This document shows, one piece after another, positions 50,418-60,159 of a stretch of 64,000 bases of DNA. Source of the DNA: Clostridia bacterium. Lineage in GTDB: Bacteria; Bacillota; Clostridia; UBA1212; DUPL01. The stretch is from assembly GCA_050951325.1 (NCBI GenBank), contig JBMNIW010000012.1, forward strand, positions 160,001 to 224,000, given 5' to 3'. Both the position numbers and the translations under genes were made by a program. The stretch's first letter is position 1, and each line of letters starts with the position of its first letter. The notes beneath the pieces were generated by a model that ran no database searches, was not told where the DNA came from, and saw nothing but the letters and a program-made list of their open reading frames with translations.

Positions 50418-50580
50418 AACATTCCCTCCAAACTTGCACCATGTAGCACCATTATTATCTCATAAAAAAATATTTGTGTCAAGTTTTTACGCATAAAAAA
50501 AGCCCTATATTTGGGCGTTTGTTGATGATTATTATCTATTTTTGTCCTAATTATTCATGGTGCGAACTACGAAACAAGGG

Positions 50581-50808
50581 ACTTATAATCTGCAATAAAT
50601 TCAAACCAAGTATTACTGCAACAAAGCAAGTTCCATCAAAATATGTATACAACATAATCACTTCATAATTTTCTCCAATAACATAGTATTCAGAACTAAA
50701 GTTGATTGTTAAGCATTGAGGAAAAATATAATTTCACAAATATTTACTTGAAATTTAACTTTTTTGTTATATTTCAGATTGACAAATAAATAACAAAGAC
50801 GTATATTA
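50581..50808. repeat. 228-bp direct repeat, right copy
   Basis: Reads identical to 20244-20471. Confidence 0.92.
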
Positions 50809-50833
50809 TAGTAGAAGGTTAAAATTTTAACAA
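50779..50833 (+). promoter_or_regulatory. sigA promoter and probable Rex operator for the hydrogenase locus
   Basis: TTGACA-N17-TATATT (50779-50807); AGGTTAAAATTTTAACAA (50816-50833) is close to the Rex consensus TTGTTAAnnnnTTAACAA. Confidence 0.65.
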
Positions 50834-50858
50834 ATAACCTCGCTTTGGAGGAATTTTT

Positions 50859-51113
50859 ATGGAAATAAGAGTATGCATAGGCAGTTCATGCTACCTGAAA
50901 GGCTCACGAGAAGTAATAAATGAGCTGAACCAACTAATAAAAGAAAACAGCCTAAACAGTATGGTCTCGTTAAAGGGTTCATTCTGTATGGGAAAATGCA
51001 GCGTAGACGGCGTCACTGTTAGTTGTGATGACAAATTTTACTTTGTAGAACCAGATGACGTTGATGACTTTTTTGAAAAGGTAATAGTTCCCTCCATCCC
51101 CAGAGCGATATAA
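50859..51113 (+). CDS. Thioredoxin-like [2Fe-2S] ferredoxin
   Basis: VCIGSSCYLKG...SFCMGKC. Confidence 0.88.
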   Translation: MEIRVCIGSSCYLKGSREVINELNQLIKENSLNSMVSLKGSFCMGKCSVDGVTVSCDDKFYFVEPDDVDDFFEKVIVPSIPRAI

Positions 51114-51211
51114 TTGTTAATTTACATGCTCCCTGTTGATACTTGCCGACTTTGTATGGTATAGTAGATGTGACCATACTTATTTGTGCTGCAGATTCAC
51201 GGGGGAATTAG

Positions 51212-52693
51212 ATGGACAATACTGATATTTTAGCCACTGAAATAGATGATATAGATACTATAAAAAGTGAAGTTCTGAAAAAAATCAGCGAACTAGCTTT
51301 TGACAACAGACTTGACGAGGCTGACACAATAGCCTTTGAACTTATTCCGGGAGTTCGTCCCAGATTCAGATGTTGTGTATATAGAGAAAGAGAGATAATA
51401 CGACAAAGAGTCCGAATGGCCATGGGCAAACTGCCTACTGATTCCCATTACAAGGATCTAGACCCATCATTGATGGTGCACGTCATTTCCAGCGCATGCG
51501 AAGGATGTCCCATTGCGAGATACACTGTAACCGACAATTGTCAGAACTGTCTCACTCACAAGTGTATAAAAGTATGTCCTTTTGGCGCTATTTCAAGAAC
51601 ACCCAGAGGCTCGGTTATTGACAAAACCCTTTGCAGAAACTGCGGCAAATGCGCCGAAGCATGCCCATATTCCGCAATAGTAGATATAATAAGGCCCTGT
51701 GTGAAGGTATGTCCCGTAGATGCCATCAACATGGATAAAAATGATATTGCGGTAATTGACAAGGATAAATGCATTAACTGTGGAGCATGCGTGACCGGAT
51801 GTCCTTTTGGTGCTATTTCCGATGTTTCAATGATTACAAATGTTATAAACCTGCTGCTTGACCATACAAAGAAAGTGTATGCTGTAGTCGCTCCTTCGAT
51901 TCAAGGCCAGTTTGGCAAAGATATATCTTTGGGAATGATTAAAGGAGCCATACTTAATCTTGGTTTTGATGGCATATACGAGGCAGCGGAAGGTGCAGAC
52001 TCCGTGGCATACATGGAGGCAAAGGAACTTTTAGAGTTTAAAAAAGAAGGGAAGCCTCTTCTTTCATCCTGCTGCCCATCCTTCTTTACTCTTGTGGAAA
52101 ACTATTTCCCCGAGCTTAAAGATAATGTTTCCACCCTGGTGCCTCCAATGGCAGCCAGTGCGATATATATAAAAAACATGGACCCTGATGCTGAAATTGT
52201 TTTCATAGGTCCATGCATCTCCAAAAAAGCAGATGTCCTAAGCAACTATATAAACATTATCTCTGCAGTGCTTACATTTGAAGAGCTTGTTGCAATGCTC
52301 AGGGCGAAAAGAATCAACATAAGAAACCAGGCAGACATGTCCTCGGATTCATCCTCTTACGGTAAAGGCTTTGCACGCTCTGGTGGTGTTGCCCAGGCTA
52401 TAAGGAAAGTCGTGAGTGAACTTGAGGGCGATGAAGCATCAAGCAGTTTGGAAATCCAAATTTGTGACGGCAGCAAGGAGTGCATAAACGCATTAAAACT
52501 ACTCAAGCACAACAGGCTCCGGGTTGACTTTGTAGAGGGTATGTGCTGCACTGGAGGATGCATTGCTGGCCCTTCAGTTTTACAGGATGCTTCCCACACA
52601 AAAAAACTCTTTAAACCTTCTGATGAAGATACTTCCATTGAGAGTGCAGTCTTGAAATTAAGAATAAACGAACTTGATATTCACCGCACTTGA
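51212..52693 (+). CDS. Monomeric [FeFe]-hydrogenase, group B-like
   Basis: RCCVYRERE N-terminus, several 4Fe-4S motifs, H-cluster motifs SSCCP, GPCISKK and EGMCCTGGCIAG. Confidence 0.88.
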   Translation: MDNTDILATEIDDIDTIKSEVLKKISELAFDNRLDEADTIAFELIPGVRPRFRCCVYREREIIRQRVRMAMGKLPTDSHYKDLDPSLMVHVISSACEGCPIARYTVTDNCQNCLTHKCIKVCPFGAISRTPRGSVIDKTLCRNCGKCAEACPYSAIVDIIRPCVKVCPVDAINMDKNDIAVIDKDKCINCGACVTGCPFGAISDVSMITNVINLLLDHTKKVYAVVAPSIQGQFGKDISLGMIKGAILNLGFDGIYEAAEGADSVAYMEAKELLEFKKEGKPLLSSCCPSFFTLVENYFPELKDNVSTLVPPMAASAIYIKNMDPDAEIVFIGPCISKKADVLSNYINIISAVLTFEELVAMLRAKRINIRNQADMSSDSSSYGKGFARSGGVAQAIRKVVSELEGDEASSSLEIQICDGSKECINALKLLKHNRLRVDFVEGMCCTGGCIAGPSVLQDASHTKKLFKPSDEDTSIESAVLKLRINELDIHRT

Positions 52694-53553
52694 TAATTCG
52701 ACGGATCATATTCAGGCACTGCGCCAAGTCTTGTTACTACAAACGAACTTAACTGAACCGCCTTGTCAAGACAAGCCTGCAAATTATTCCCTTTTAGGTA
52801 ATTATATAAAAATGCTGCGGAAAAACTATCTCCTGCTCCAACTGTTGAGACAACCTTTACAGGTGTTGGTTTGGATTTGTGAAATTCTTTGTCTTTTGCA
52901 GAATACAAAAATGCACCCTCTTCACCCAATGTGACCAATATTATTTTAATATCATATTCCTTTGCCAGCTTTATGGAGAGTTCTTCAAGATTTGAGTACT
53001 CCAGCAAACCTGTCTCCTTAAATACAAAAGCTTCTTCCTCACTAATTTTCAATATTGTACTGTGCACAAGACTTTCTTCTACGATTTCCCTTGTATAGAA
53101 GTCCTGCCGAATATTTATATCACAAAACACTTCATCGAAGTTGCAACCCCTTACAAGTTTTTTAAATGTTTCGGAGGACACTACACTTCTTCTAGCCAGT
53201 GTACCCATGTAAAAGGCATCATAATGCAATTTCAATGCTTCCTCATCTACCGTAATATTATCGTAAGCCACATCTCTTACCAAATAATATGTAGGATTTC
53301 CGTACTCGTCCACACTTACATTGCAAACGCCAGTAGGTTTCTCAAGTACCTTTATGAATCTGTCATCAATTCCAAATTTCCGTACCATTTTTAACGATTC
53401 CTGACCAAGGCCGTCCTTTCCCACAGCAGAAACCACCTGGACTTCGCCCCCCAGTTTTGAAAGATGCGCACCAAAATTCAAGGGAGCTCCTCCAATTTCA
53501 TATTTCCCGGGAAAAACATCCCATAAGATTTCGCCAAAAACCAGTATTTTCAT
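52681..53553 (-). CDS. PfkB-family carbohydrate kinase (fructokinase-like)
   Basis: GEILWD, GGAPLN and STVGAGDSF. Confidence 0.9.
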   Translation of the reverse strand: MKILVFGEILWDVFPGKYEIGGAPLNFGAHLSKLGGEVQVVSAVGKDGLGQESLKMVRKFGIDDRFIKVLEKPTGVCNVSVDEYGNPTYYLVRDVAYDNITVDEEALKLHYDAFYMGTLARRSVVSSETFKKLVRGCNFDEVFCDINIRQDFYTREIVEESLVHSTILKISEEEAFVFKETGLLEYSNLEELSIKLAKEYDIKIILVTLGEEGAFLYSAKDKEFHKSKPTPVKVVSTVGAGDSFSAAFLYNYLKGNNLQACLDKAVQLSSFVVTRLGAVPEYDPSNYQVR

Positions 53554-53560
53554 AAAACAC

Positions 53561-54241
53561 CTACTTTGCTTTTGGGTATTCGAAACATAAGTAGTAAAGA
53601 GGTTTTTCGTCTTCCACTATTGTAGGGAACCTGGGCTGTTCCACATAGAACCTGTTGTCATTCTTGTCATCATTGACCATGGAAACTTCGCCTATCAACA
53701 CCTTGCCCTTGCCTTCTTCCGCCCAGAATTCATGATACAAATATGGAGGAAGAGTAATGCTTTCACCCGGTGTCAGTCTAATAACGCTACCTGCTTTGAC
53801 TGTTCTTATGCAGCCATCGATAGACACTTCCACATCCTCATCAGACAAACCGTCATCCTCTGCAGCCTTCCAAACCTTTATAAGAAGGTTCCCACCACCA
53901 CGGTTGATAATGTCCTCCATCTTGTGCCAGTGATAGTGTATGGGGTTGAACTGATTCTCGTCGCTAATAAGTATTTTCTCCGCATAGGGTTTCTTGTATC
54001 TTGGGTCCTTCACACTTCCGTTTCTGATAGTGAAAAGAACAAGACCGTGGTTACTAAAGTCCCCTTTGCCATAGTCTGTTATGTCCCATCCAAGCATATT
54101 GTGGCGAATTTCATCTGCTTCATGCCCCTTTTGCTCCCATTCTTCCGGACTCCAATAGGCAAAAGGCGGTAGGTTGAAGTTCATTTTTTTAATGAACTCA
54201 ATGTTTTCCTTTAAGAGTGCATTTACTTCTGATCTCTTCAT
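53561..54241 (-). CDS. D-lyxose/D-mannose family sugar isomerase
   Basis: MKRSEVN, LGWDITD, HYHWHKMEDIINRGGG and GEVSMVNDD. Confidence 0.9.
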   Translation of the reverse strand: MKRSEVNALLKENIEFIKKMNFNLPPFAYWSPEEWEQKGHEADEIRHNMLGWDITDYGKGDFSNHGLVLFTIRNGSVKDPRYKKPYAEKILISDENQFNPIHYHWHKMEDIINRGGGNLLIKVWKAAEDDGLSDEDVEVSIDGCIRTVKAGSVIRLTPGESITLPPYLYHEFWAEEGKGKVLIGEVSMVNDDKNDNRFYVEQPRFPTIVEDEKPLYYLCFEYPKAK

Positions 54242-54255
54242 AAAATCACCTTAAT

Positions 54256-54906
54256 TTATGTATTTTTATCCGCTACAACGGTAACCAGCAGCATTCCTGA
54301 CTTGCAGCTTATAGTTGCCTCGTCCTCCACAAACTCATTGCTCACACCCAATGGGAACCTGTTGGTCAGTTTATGGTCTTCCAGCTCGTACTTGACTCCC
54401 TTCAAGCTGACTCCGGTACATACATCCGAATAGGCAAACACGGAAAGGGTGGCGTTTTCCCTTTTGGGTATTTTAATCTCCGCATTGGATATGATGGTAA
54501 ACATGTTTTTCTTGTCCTGCATTCTTACACTTACACCCTTGTCGCAGCCATATGCAAGGGTCTGTATGTTTGCATATGTATGGTCGCTTCGACCGCCAAA
54601 CCCTCCTACTATAACAAACTCCTCAAACCCTTTCTCCAGCCCATATTTCAGGCAAAACAGGGTATCGGTGTCGTCCTTCTCCACGGGAAGGCAAACCACG
54701 TCCAAAAGGCTGTGTCCCGAAATGCTGACTTCCGAATCCAGTGAATCAAAATCTCCAACAATTACTCTGGGAACGATGTTTTCCTTTCTGGCTAGTTCAT
54801 ACCCTGCATCCGCACAGATAATGAAGTCCCCTTTTTCAATTTCAATACTTTCTTTAATCAAGTAATCGTTGTATGCTGTGATAATTACACATCTAGACAT
54901 CGTCAT
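54256..54906 (-). CDS. thiN: Thiamine diphosphokinase
   Basis: CADAG, GDFDS, EKDDTD, GGRSDH and GVSNE. Confidence 0.92.
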   Translation of the reverse strand: MTMSRCVIITAYNDYLIKESIEIEKGDFIICADAGYELARKENIVPRVIVGDFDSLDSEVSISGHSLLDVVCLPVEKDDTDTLFCLKYGLEKGFEEFVIVGGFGGRSDHTYANIQTLAYGCDKGVSVRMQDKKNMFTIISNAEIKIPKRENATLSVFAYSDVCTGVSLKGVKYELEDHKLTNRFPLGVSNEFVEDEATISCKSGMLLVTVVADKNT

Positions 54907-54919
54907 CTACCCCACACTT

Positions 54920-57079
54920 TTAATATTTTTTATTACTCAACAGGTAAGCAACATAGGATGTAAATCCATGGTTGCAGCTTGCTTCAGGTGTCAGGTTCTC
55001 CCAAAGGGTTCCCGTTTTTTCCGCCATGTAATAGAAGTAGTCCTTGATTTCCTCCTTTAATTTGTCAGTATAACCAAATCGCTTTAACAAATCCAGTCTC
55101 AGTACAGCACCGATAAAGGCATTCGAAGGATATACGTTAGGATATGTTTTACTTGCATCCCGCTTCGGTCCCATTTCATCAACCAACTTGCCCCAAAGAG
55201 CTTTATGGGTATCTGGAGTCGCAATATCCATAAAGAATGCATAGTACTGGCATGTTTCACTGGTTTCGTTTGTTGAGACAAGCACGCCATCCTTCCTTAT
55301 TTCATTATCCACAAAGAACTCTCCGTTAAAGGACCTCTCCAGAATCACCTCTTTTATTTTCTCTGCCTTTTCAATTAACTTGTCGTCATTGTACAGCCTG
55401 CCAGCATTTTCAAGAGTTGATGAATAAAGCATGTTTGAAGGATAGTTGACATCCTGCACAAAGTCGTTTGCCCGGGACCACTCTACAAAGACCCAGCTCT
55501 CAAGCTTCTCAAGAAGGCCGTATTCATTCTCAAACTTTTTGAAGTAATCCAGCAGTTCATATACTCTATCCTTTAACTTTTCTGCCAGCTCTTTTGCATT
55601 TTCATTGTCTTCATTTCTCTTTACAAAGTCATAAAGCTCCTTAACAAACCACATTGCCCAGTTAGGTATGAAGACCTTGTCGTAATGGTCGGAAGGATAG
55701 CACATGGGAAGCATTCCTTTTGGAAGGTGTTCAAATTTCTCTGGCAAAAGGAAGTTCTCCAAGAAGTTATACTCAATTGCATTTTCTCCCGTAAGGACTT
55801 TTTCAGCTCTTGCTGTAAAAAAGCTGTCGCACAGCCAGCCCGCCCTTTCCCTTGTGGGGCAGTCCATGAAAATGTCCACAGCATTCTGTTTGTATGTGTT
55901 TACCGCGCTTTCTAGAACTTTTCTCAGTTTCTCATCCTGCAATATGTCGTTATCTATAAATTCTTCCAGGCACATAAGAGGCACGGAGCAGATGTATTCC
56001 CTTACTTTTACATTGCGTACTTCAACCTCTCCTTTTGTGCACACAAACTTTATATACTTGAACCCATATGACTCAAAGGATATAAAGTCGTAGCTGCCCT
56101 TTTCCATTTCAATCTTGATAACATTCGTACAGCCGTTGGCAAGTCCTTCCACATCATTATGCTCGTTGATTCTCTCATCGAACATTATGTACAGGTCCGC
56201 ATCTTCTTTACAAATAAAACCTGCAGCTATAAAGCCGGTACGCTCACTGTCCAGACTGTACACAACAATGTCATTTGCAAATAGCTTGTCGCTACCTTCG
56301 TAGTCTTCTGACACCTTGACAGGTTCAAACTTGAACTCCTGGGCAACATCCTCAAGGCAAACATCAAGCTCGTCATACTTGTATCCAAGTTGCATAGGTC
56401 CAATGTTTGCAACATGTCTTGTTCTTAAATATTCTTTAGGTTTTTCTCCAAAAGAACAGGTACCTCTTGCAATAATCTTGTCCACATTGCATTCGGGGTG
56501 GGTATATGTTGGAATTCTTCTTTCTATAAATTTCTTGCTATCAGTATGGGTGGGTACCAAAAAGTCATCGCCAATACTTACATCCGTGAATAGCATGTTG
56601 TAATTGCTGTTTAGTTTGTAAACTTCAGTAAAGGTTCTTTGAAATGAATACTTGTCCGTCTTTTTAATGCGCTCTTTGTATGGTCTTGAGTAGAATGGAT
56701 TGCAGCTGCCTGTTGCAGCCAGTACTATGCCGTAAGTCTCTTCCACAATCTCAGCCTGCAAGAACGAAGGCTGGTTCAGAGTGTAATAGTTGTTTATGTT
56801 ATATCCTGCTACCAATATCGCAACTACATTGTCACCTAAATCCAAATCCTCTGTAATATCAATTTCATCAACACGATAATACCCATGAGCGGTACGGCAG
56901 GGTCCTGTTGTAATGAATTTGCCGTTAATAAACAGCTGATACACTGTAGATGCTGCAATTCTGACTACGTATCTCTTACCACTGTTCTCATTGCACAGAA
57001 TAACGGTTTTGAACAGCATGGAATAGTTCATCTCTTTTTCTTTTCCCTTTTGCCATACCGGCAACGCTTCTTTAAACAT
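54920..57079 (-). CDS. GH78-like alpha-L-rhamnosidase family glycoside hydrolase
   Basis: MDCPTRERAGW, TGTLWE and SCNHGF. Confidence 0.85.
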   Translation of the reverse strand: MFKEALPVWQKGKEKEMNYSMLFKTVILCNENSGKRYVVRIAASTVYQLFINGKFITTGPCRTAHGYYRVDEIDITEDLDLGDNVVAILVAGYNINNYYTLNQPSFLQAEIVEETYGIVLAATGSCNPFYSRPYKERIKKTDKYSFQRTFTEVYKLNSNYNMLFTDVSIGDDFLVPTHTDSKKFIERRIPTYTHPECNVDKIIARGTCSFGEKPKEYLRTRHVANIGPMQLGYKYDELDVCLEDVAQEFKFEPVKVSEDYEGSDKLFANDIVVYSLDSERTGFIAAGFICKEDADLYIMFDERINEHNDVEGLANGCTNVIKIEMEKGSYDFISFESYGFKYIKFVCTKGEVEVRNVKVREYICSVPLMCLEEFIDNDILQDEKLRKVLESAVNTYKQNAVDIFMDCPTRERAGWLCDSFFTARAEKVLTGENAIEYNFLENFLLPEKFEHLPKGMLPMCYPSDHYDKVFIPNWAMWFVKELYDFVKRNEDNENAKELAEKLKDRVYELLDYFKKFENEYGLLEKLESWVFVEWSRANDFVQDVNYPSNMLYSSTLENAGRLYNDDKLIEKAEKIKEVILERSFNGEFFVDNEIRKDGVLVSTNETSETCQYYAFFMDIATPDTHKALWGKLVDEMGPKRDASKTYPNVYPSNAFIGAVLRLDLLKRFGYTDKLKEEIKDYFYYMAEKTGTLWENLTPEASCNHGFTSYVAYLLSNKKY

Positions 57080-57165
57080 AATATAACAACCATCCTTTAA
57101 ATTACATAAATCAGATAAAGCATATATTAGATTACTATTTCAACATAACAATGTCAACAATAATA

Positions 57166-58362
57166 CTACCTTTTTGCCTCATAAACAACATTGCCATCAA
57201 TTATTGTGTACAGGGTCTTGGTAAAGGTCTCCATCGGATTACCAGAGAATATGGCAATGTCCGCATCCTTCCCCACCTCTATGCTGCCCACCCTATGAGC
57301 AACCCTGCAAATCTCAGCAGCATTAATGGTAATGGCTCTTAAACCTTCTTCCACACCCAGGCCTTCCTTTGCTGCAAGGCCTGCACACAAGCCAAGGCTG
57401 GTTATCAATGAAACCGGATGATCCGTGGTGATGGCCACCTTGATACCTTTTTTTGCAAGAACACCCGGAACCTTGAAATCCGAGTACTGTACCTCTATTT
57501 TGTTCCGAGAAGCAAGTGTAGGCCCGATTATTACCGGATATCCCGAAGCAAGTATTTCGTCCACTATAAGGTGGCCTTCGGTGCAGTGGTCAAGTGTCAT
57601 GTCCAAATCAAACTGCTTTGCAATCCTTATGGCAGTTAATATGTCATCTACCCTGTGTACATGAGCTTTCAAAGGAATCTTCTTTTCCAAAACAGGAAGC
57701 CAGCACTCCATTCTAAAGTCTTCTTCAAATTCCTCTCCATTTTGCATTGCCTTGTCCTTATCCTGTTTGTACAGAACAGCTTCGTGCAACTCTTCTCTTA
57801 GCATTGAAGCAATCGTCATTCTAGTCGAGGGCATCATTCCATTATCTCCGTAGGCCCTCTTGGGGTTTTCACCAAACGCAACTTTCATGGCAGCAGGTTC
57901 CAAAACTATAAGGTCATCTATTTTCCTTCCTCTGGTCTTCAAGAAAACAAACTGGCCTCCAACTACATTTGAACTTCCAGGACCTGTCATAACAGAGGTA
58001 ATCCCCGCCCTTACTGCGTTTTCAAAGGCCGAATCCATTGCATTTACAGCATCTATTGCTTTCAAGTATGGGGTTACAGGTTCCATTGTCTCATTGCTGT
58101 CGTTTCCTTCCATGCCCTTTTTCTCTTCTTGGATGCCTATATGACTATGGGCATCAATCAAGCCAGGCATTGCAATATTCCCTCTTGCATTTATAACTCT
58201 GACCTTTTCTTTGTCAAAACTATCCAATTTTTCATCTTCTGTAATTATTTTGTCTATTTTACCGTCTTTAACAAATATATGGCCCTTCTTAATTATTTCA
58301 AACTTTTCCTTTCTAGCCATGGTGTAAATACGCGCATTTTTAATTAGCAGCAATGCTAACAC
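57166..58362 (-). CDS. Amidohydrolase family protein
   Basis: PGLIDAHSH, AHVHR, DHCTE, TTDHP and GSIEVGKDAD. Confidence 0.9.
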   Translation of the reverse strand: MLALLLIKNARIYTMARKEKFEIIKKGHIFVKDGKIDKIITEDEKLDSFDKEKVRVINARGNIAMPGLIDAHSHIGIQEEKKGMEGNDSNETMEPVTPYLKAIDAVNAMDSAFENAVRAGITSVMTGPGSSNVVGGQFVFLKTRGRKIDDLIVLEPAAMKVAFGENPKRAYGDNGMMPSTRMTIASMLREELHEAVLYKQDKDKAMQNGEEFEEDFRMECWLPVLEKKIPLKAHVHRVDDILTAIRIAKQFDLDMTLDHCTEGHLIVDEILASGYPVIIGPTLASRNKIEVQYSDFKVPGVLAKKGIKVAITTDHPVSLITSLGLCAGLAAKEGLGVEEGLRAITINAAEICRVAHRVGSIEVGKDADIAIFSGNPMETFTKTLYTIIDGNVVYEAKR

Positions 58363-58418
58363 CTTCTTTTGCTTTTTTTATATTATCTGTTTTTTGGGTT
58401 TTTATATTCTTTTCCCAT

Positions 58419-58447
58419 GAATAATATTTTGCTCTGTGCAAATAATA
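58419..58447 (+). promoter_or_regulatory. Putative sigG-type promoter of the small N/Q-rich gene
   Basis: GAATA-N16-AAATAATA, same architecture as upstream of ku. Confidence 0.5.
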
Positions 58448-58497
58448 ACGTTGTCTTCTATATGAAGATAGATCAAGAAAGGCAGTGAATTTTTAAA

Positions 58498-58641
58498 ATG
58501 GATCAAGACAACAGGAACAAAAACAAGAATAAGAATAACCGCAATGAGCAATGCTGTGACAACAATCAGAACAACAGGCAGAACCAGCAGAACAGACAGA
58601 ATCAGAACAGACAGAACCAGAATCAAAACCAGAACAGATAG
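58498..58641 (+). CDS. 47-aa Asn/Gln/Arg-rich peptide
   Basis: MDQDNRNKNKNKNNRNEQCCDNNQNNRQNQQNRQNQNRQNQNQNQNR; GAAAGG RBS, upstream promoter and downstream hairpin; below the ORF track cutoff. Confidence 0.7.
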   Translation: MDQDNRNKNKNKNNRNEQCCDNNQNNRQNQQNRQNQNRQNQNQNQNR

Positions 58642-58678
58642 GTTTTGTTGGTTTGTCTAGCTTATTTGCGACAAAAAA

Positions 58679-58710
58679 ACAGAGCAATAGAACCTACACT
58701 ATTGCTCTGT
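58679..58710. terminator. Bidirectional terminator
   Basis: ACAGAGCAATAG...CTATTGCTCTGT with T-rich tails on both strands. Confidence 0.75.
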
Positions 58711-58736
58711 CTTTATTTTACCTTTTTTTGTAAATC

Positions 58737-60140
58737 CTATTCGGTTTCCACAATCACTGCTTCTTCAGCATCCGGCTTGTCGTCATTCATGTCAACCCCC
58801 AGGTATTCGGGGAGTTGCATGCCTGCCATCTTGAATAGTTCGTTCAAAGGTGGTACTGATGAAATCAGTGATGACAGGAAATTCGACGTGGTTGAACTGC
58901 CTTTGGCACCGCCCATGCTGTCCCAAACAGTTACCTTGTCAATCTTAAGGTTCTTAATAGCCTCAACCTGAATCTTGATAAGCTCTTCAAGCTTGTCAGC
59001 AATAATAAGCTTGACAGCATCATTTGCATTGTCTCCAGCAGCCCTTACGATTTCCCTGAGACCTTCGGCCTGTTTCATAAGTATTTCCTTGTTGCCGCGT
59101 GCTTCGGCTTCAAGTTTTGCAAAGATTGCGTCCGCTTCACCTTTTGCCCTTCGCCTCAACTGTTCAGCTTCCGCCTCAGCCCTGATTTCAAGCGCTTTCT
59201 TCTCGATTTCAGACTTGACTATTGTATCGGCCTCAAGGGTTGCTTTCTCCTTAAGCGCACGGGTTTCTTCCGCTTCTTTCTCTGCCATGTATGCTTCTTT
59301 AAGAGCATTTGCCTCAGCAACTTTCTCTGCTGCGATAGCCTGCCTTAACGATTCCGCTTCTTCCTGTCTTCTTACAGCATTAGACTGGGCAATCTTAATC
59401 TTGACCTCGTTTTCACCTTCGATAGCAAAAGCATCCGCCTGAGCCACCTGAATACGCTGGTCTTTTCTTGCATTTGCCTCACCGATTGAACCGTCTCTTT
59501 CTCTTTCGGCAACGCTCTTCTTAGCATCGTTGATTGCTCTAGCAGCAGCTTCTTTACCAAGTGCCTCTATGTAGCCGGACTCGTCGGTTATGTCGGTGAC
59601 ATTGACGTTGATTAATGTAAGACCGATTTTCTTAAGCTCGGATTCAACGTTAGCTGAAACTGCAGCCAAAAATTTGTCTCTGTCACTGTTGATTTCTTCA
59701 ATAGTCATTGTTGCAATAACGAGACGAAGCTGACCGAATATGATGTCTTTTGCCAATTCCTGAATTTCCTGTGAGGACAGTCTTGCAATTCTTTCAGCAG
59801 CATTCTGCATTATTCCCTCTTCGGTAGATATACCTACCGTAAAACTTGAAGGTACGTTTATCCTAATATTCTGTCTACATAATGCATTGGTCAGCGGTAC
59901 GTTAATGGATATGGGCGTTAGATCCATATATTTGTAATCCTGGATTACAGGGATTACAAAGGCACCTCCACCATGTATACACTTTGCAGATCTGAATTCT
60001 CCATCCCTGCCTTTACGCAGCTTTCCAAATACTACGAGCACCTTGTCGGAAGGACATTTTCTGTATCTGCTCAGTATAAAGATTATGATGCCGAAAAGCA
60101 GAATTACTATCAAGCCAACGATATAGATTAATTCTGGCAT
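58737..60140 (-). CDS. Flotillin/SPFH family protein
   Basis: N-terminal transmembrane segment, GGGAFVIPVIQ, GQLRLVIATMTIEEINSDR and AEA-rich coiled coil. Confidence 0.92.
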   Translation of the reverse strand: MPELIYIVGLIVILLFGIIIFILSRYRKCPSDKVLVVFGKLRKGRDGEFRSAKCIHGGGAFVIPVIQDYKYMDLTPISINVPLTNALCRQNIRINVPSSFTVGISTEEGIMQNAAERIARLSSQEIQELAKDIIFGQLRLVIATMTIEEINSDRDKFLAAVSANVESELKKIGLTLINVNVTDITDESGYIEALGKEAAARAINDAKKSVAERERDGSIGEANARKDQRIQVAQADAFAIEGENEVKIKIAQSNAVRRQEEAESLRQAIAAEKVAEANALKEAYMAEKEAEETRALKEKATLEADTIVKSEIEKKALEIRAEAEAEQLRRRAKGEADAIFAKLEAEARGNKEILMKQAEGLREIVRAAGDNANDAVKLIIADKLEELIKIQVEAIKNLKIDKVTVWDSMGGAKGSSTTSNFLSSLISSVPPLNELFKMAGMQLPEYLGVDMNDDKPDAEEAVIVETE

Positions 60141-60159
60141 TTTTTATCTCCTCTCCCTT

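Larger units (their letters stand above)
20472..50580 (-). mobile_element. IS1634-family element (about 1.93 kb when rejoined) interrupted by a 28.2-kb insertion
   Basis: Transposase halves at 50417-49465 and 21293-20565 rejoin in frame (DVKDK/NGNILFRYK); weak terminal IRs CCTGACTTTGGTAATAAGCA / CCCTTGTTTCGTAGTTCGCA; long flanking duplication. Confidence 0.88.

Noticed and set aside
50474-50668. 64-aa ORF sharing its C-terminus with ORF 20131-20331
   Set aside because: By-product of the 228-bp duplication, antisense to the DUF4474 gene start.
58402-58687. Minus-strand hydrophobic ORFs (74 and 64 aa)
   Set aside because: Antisense shadows of the N/Q-rich plus-strand gene, which has the RBS, promoter and terminator.
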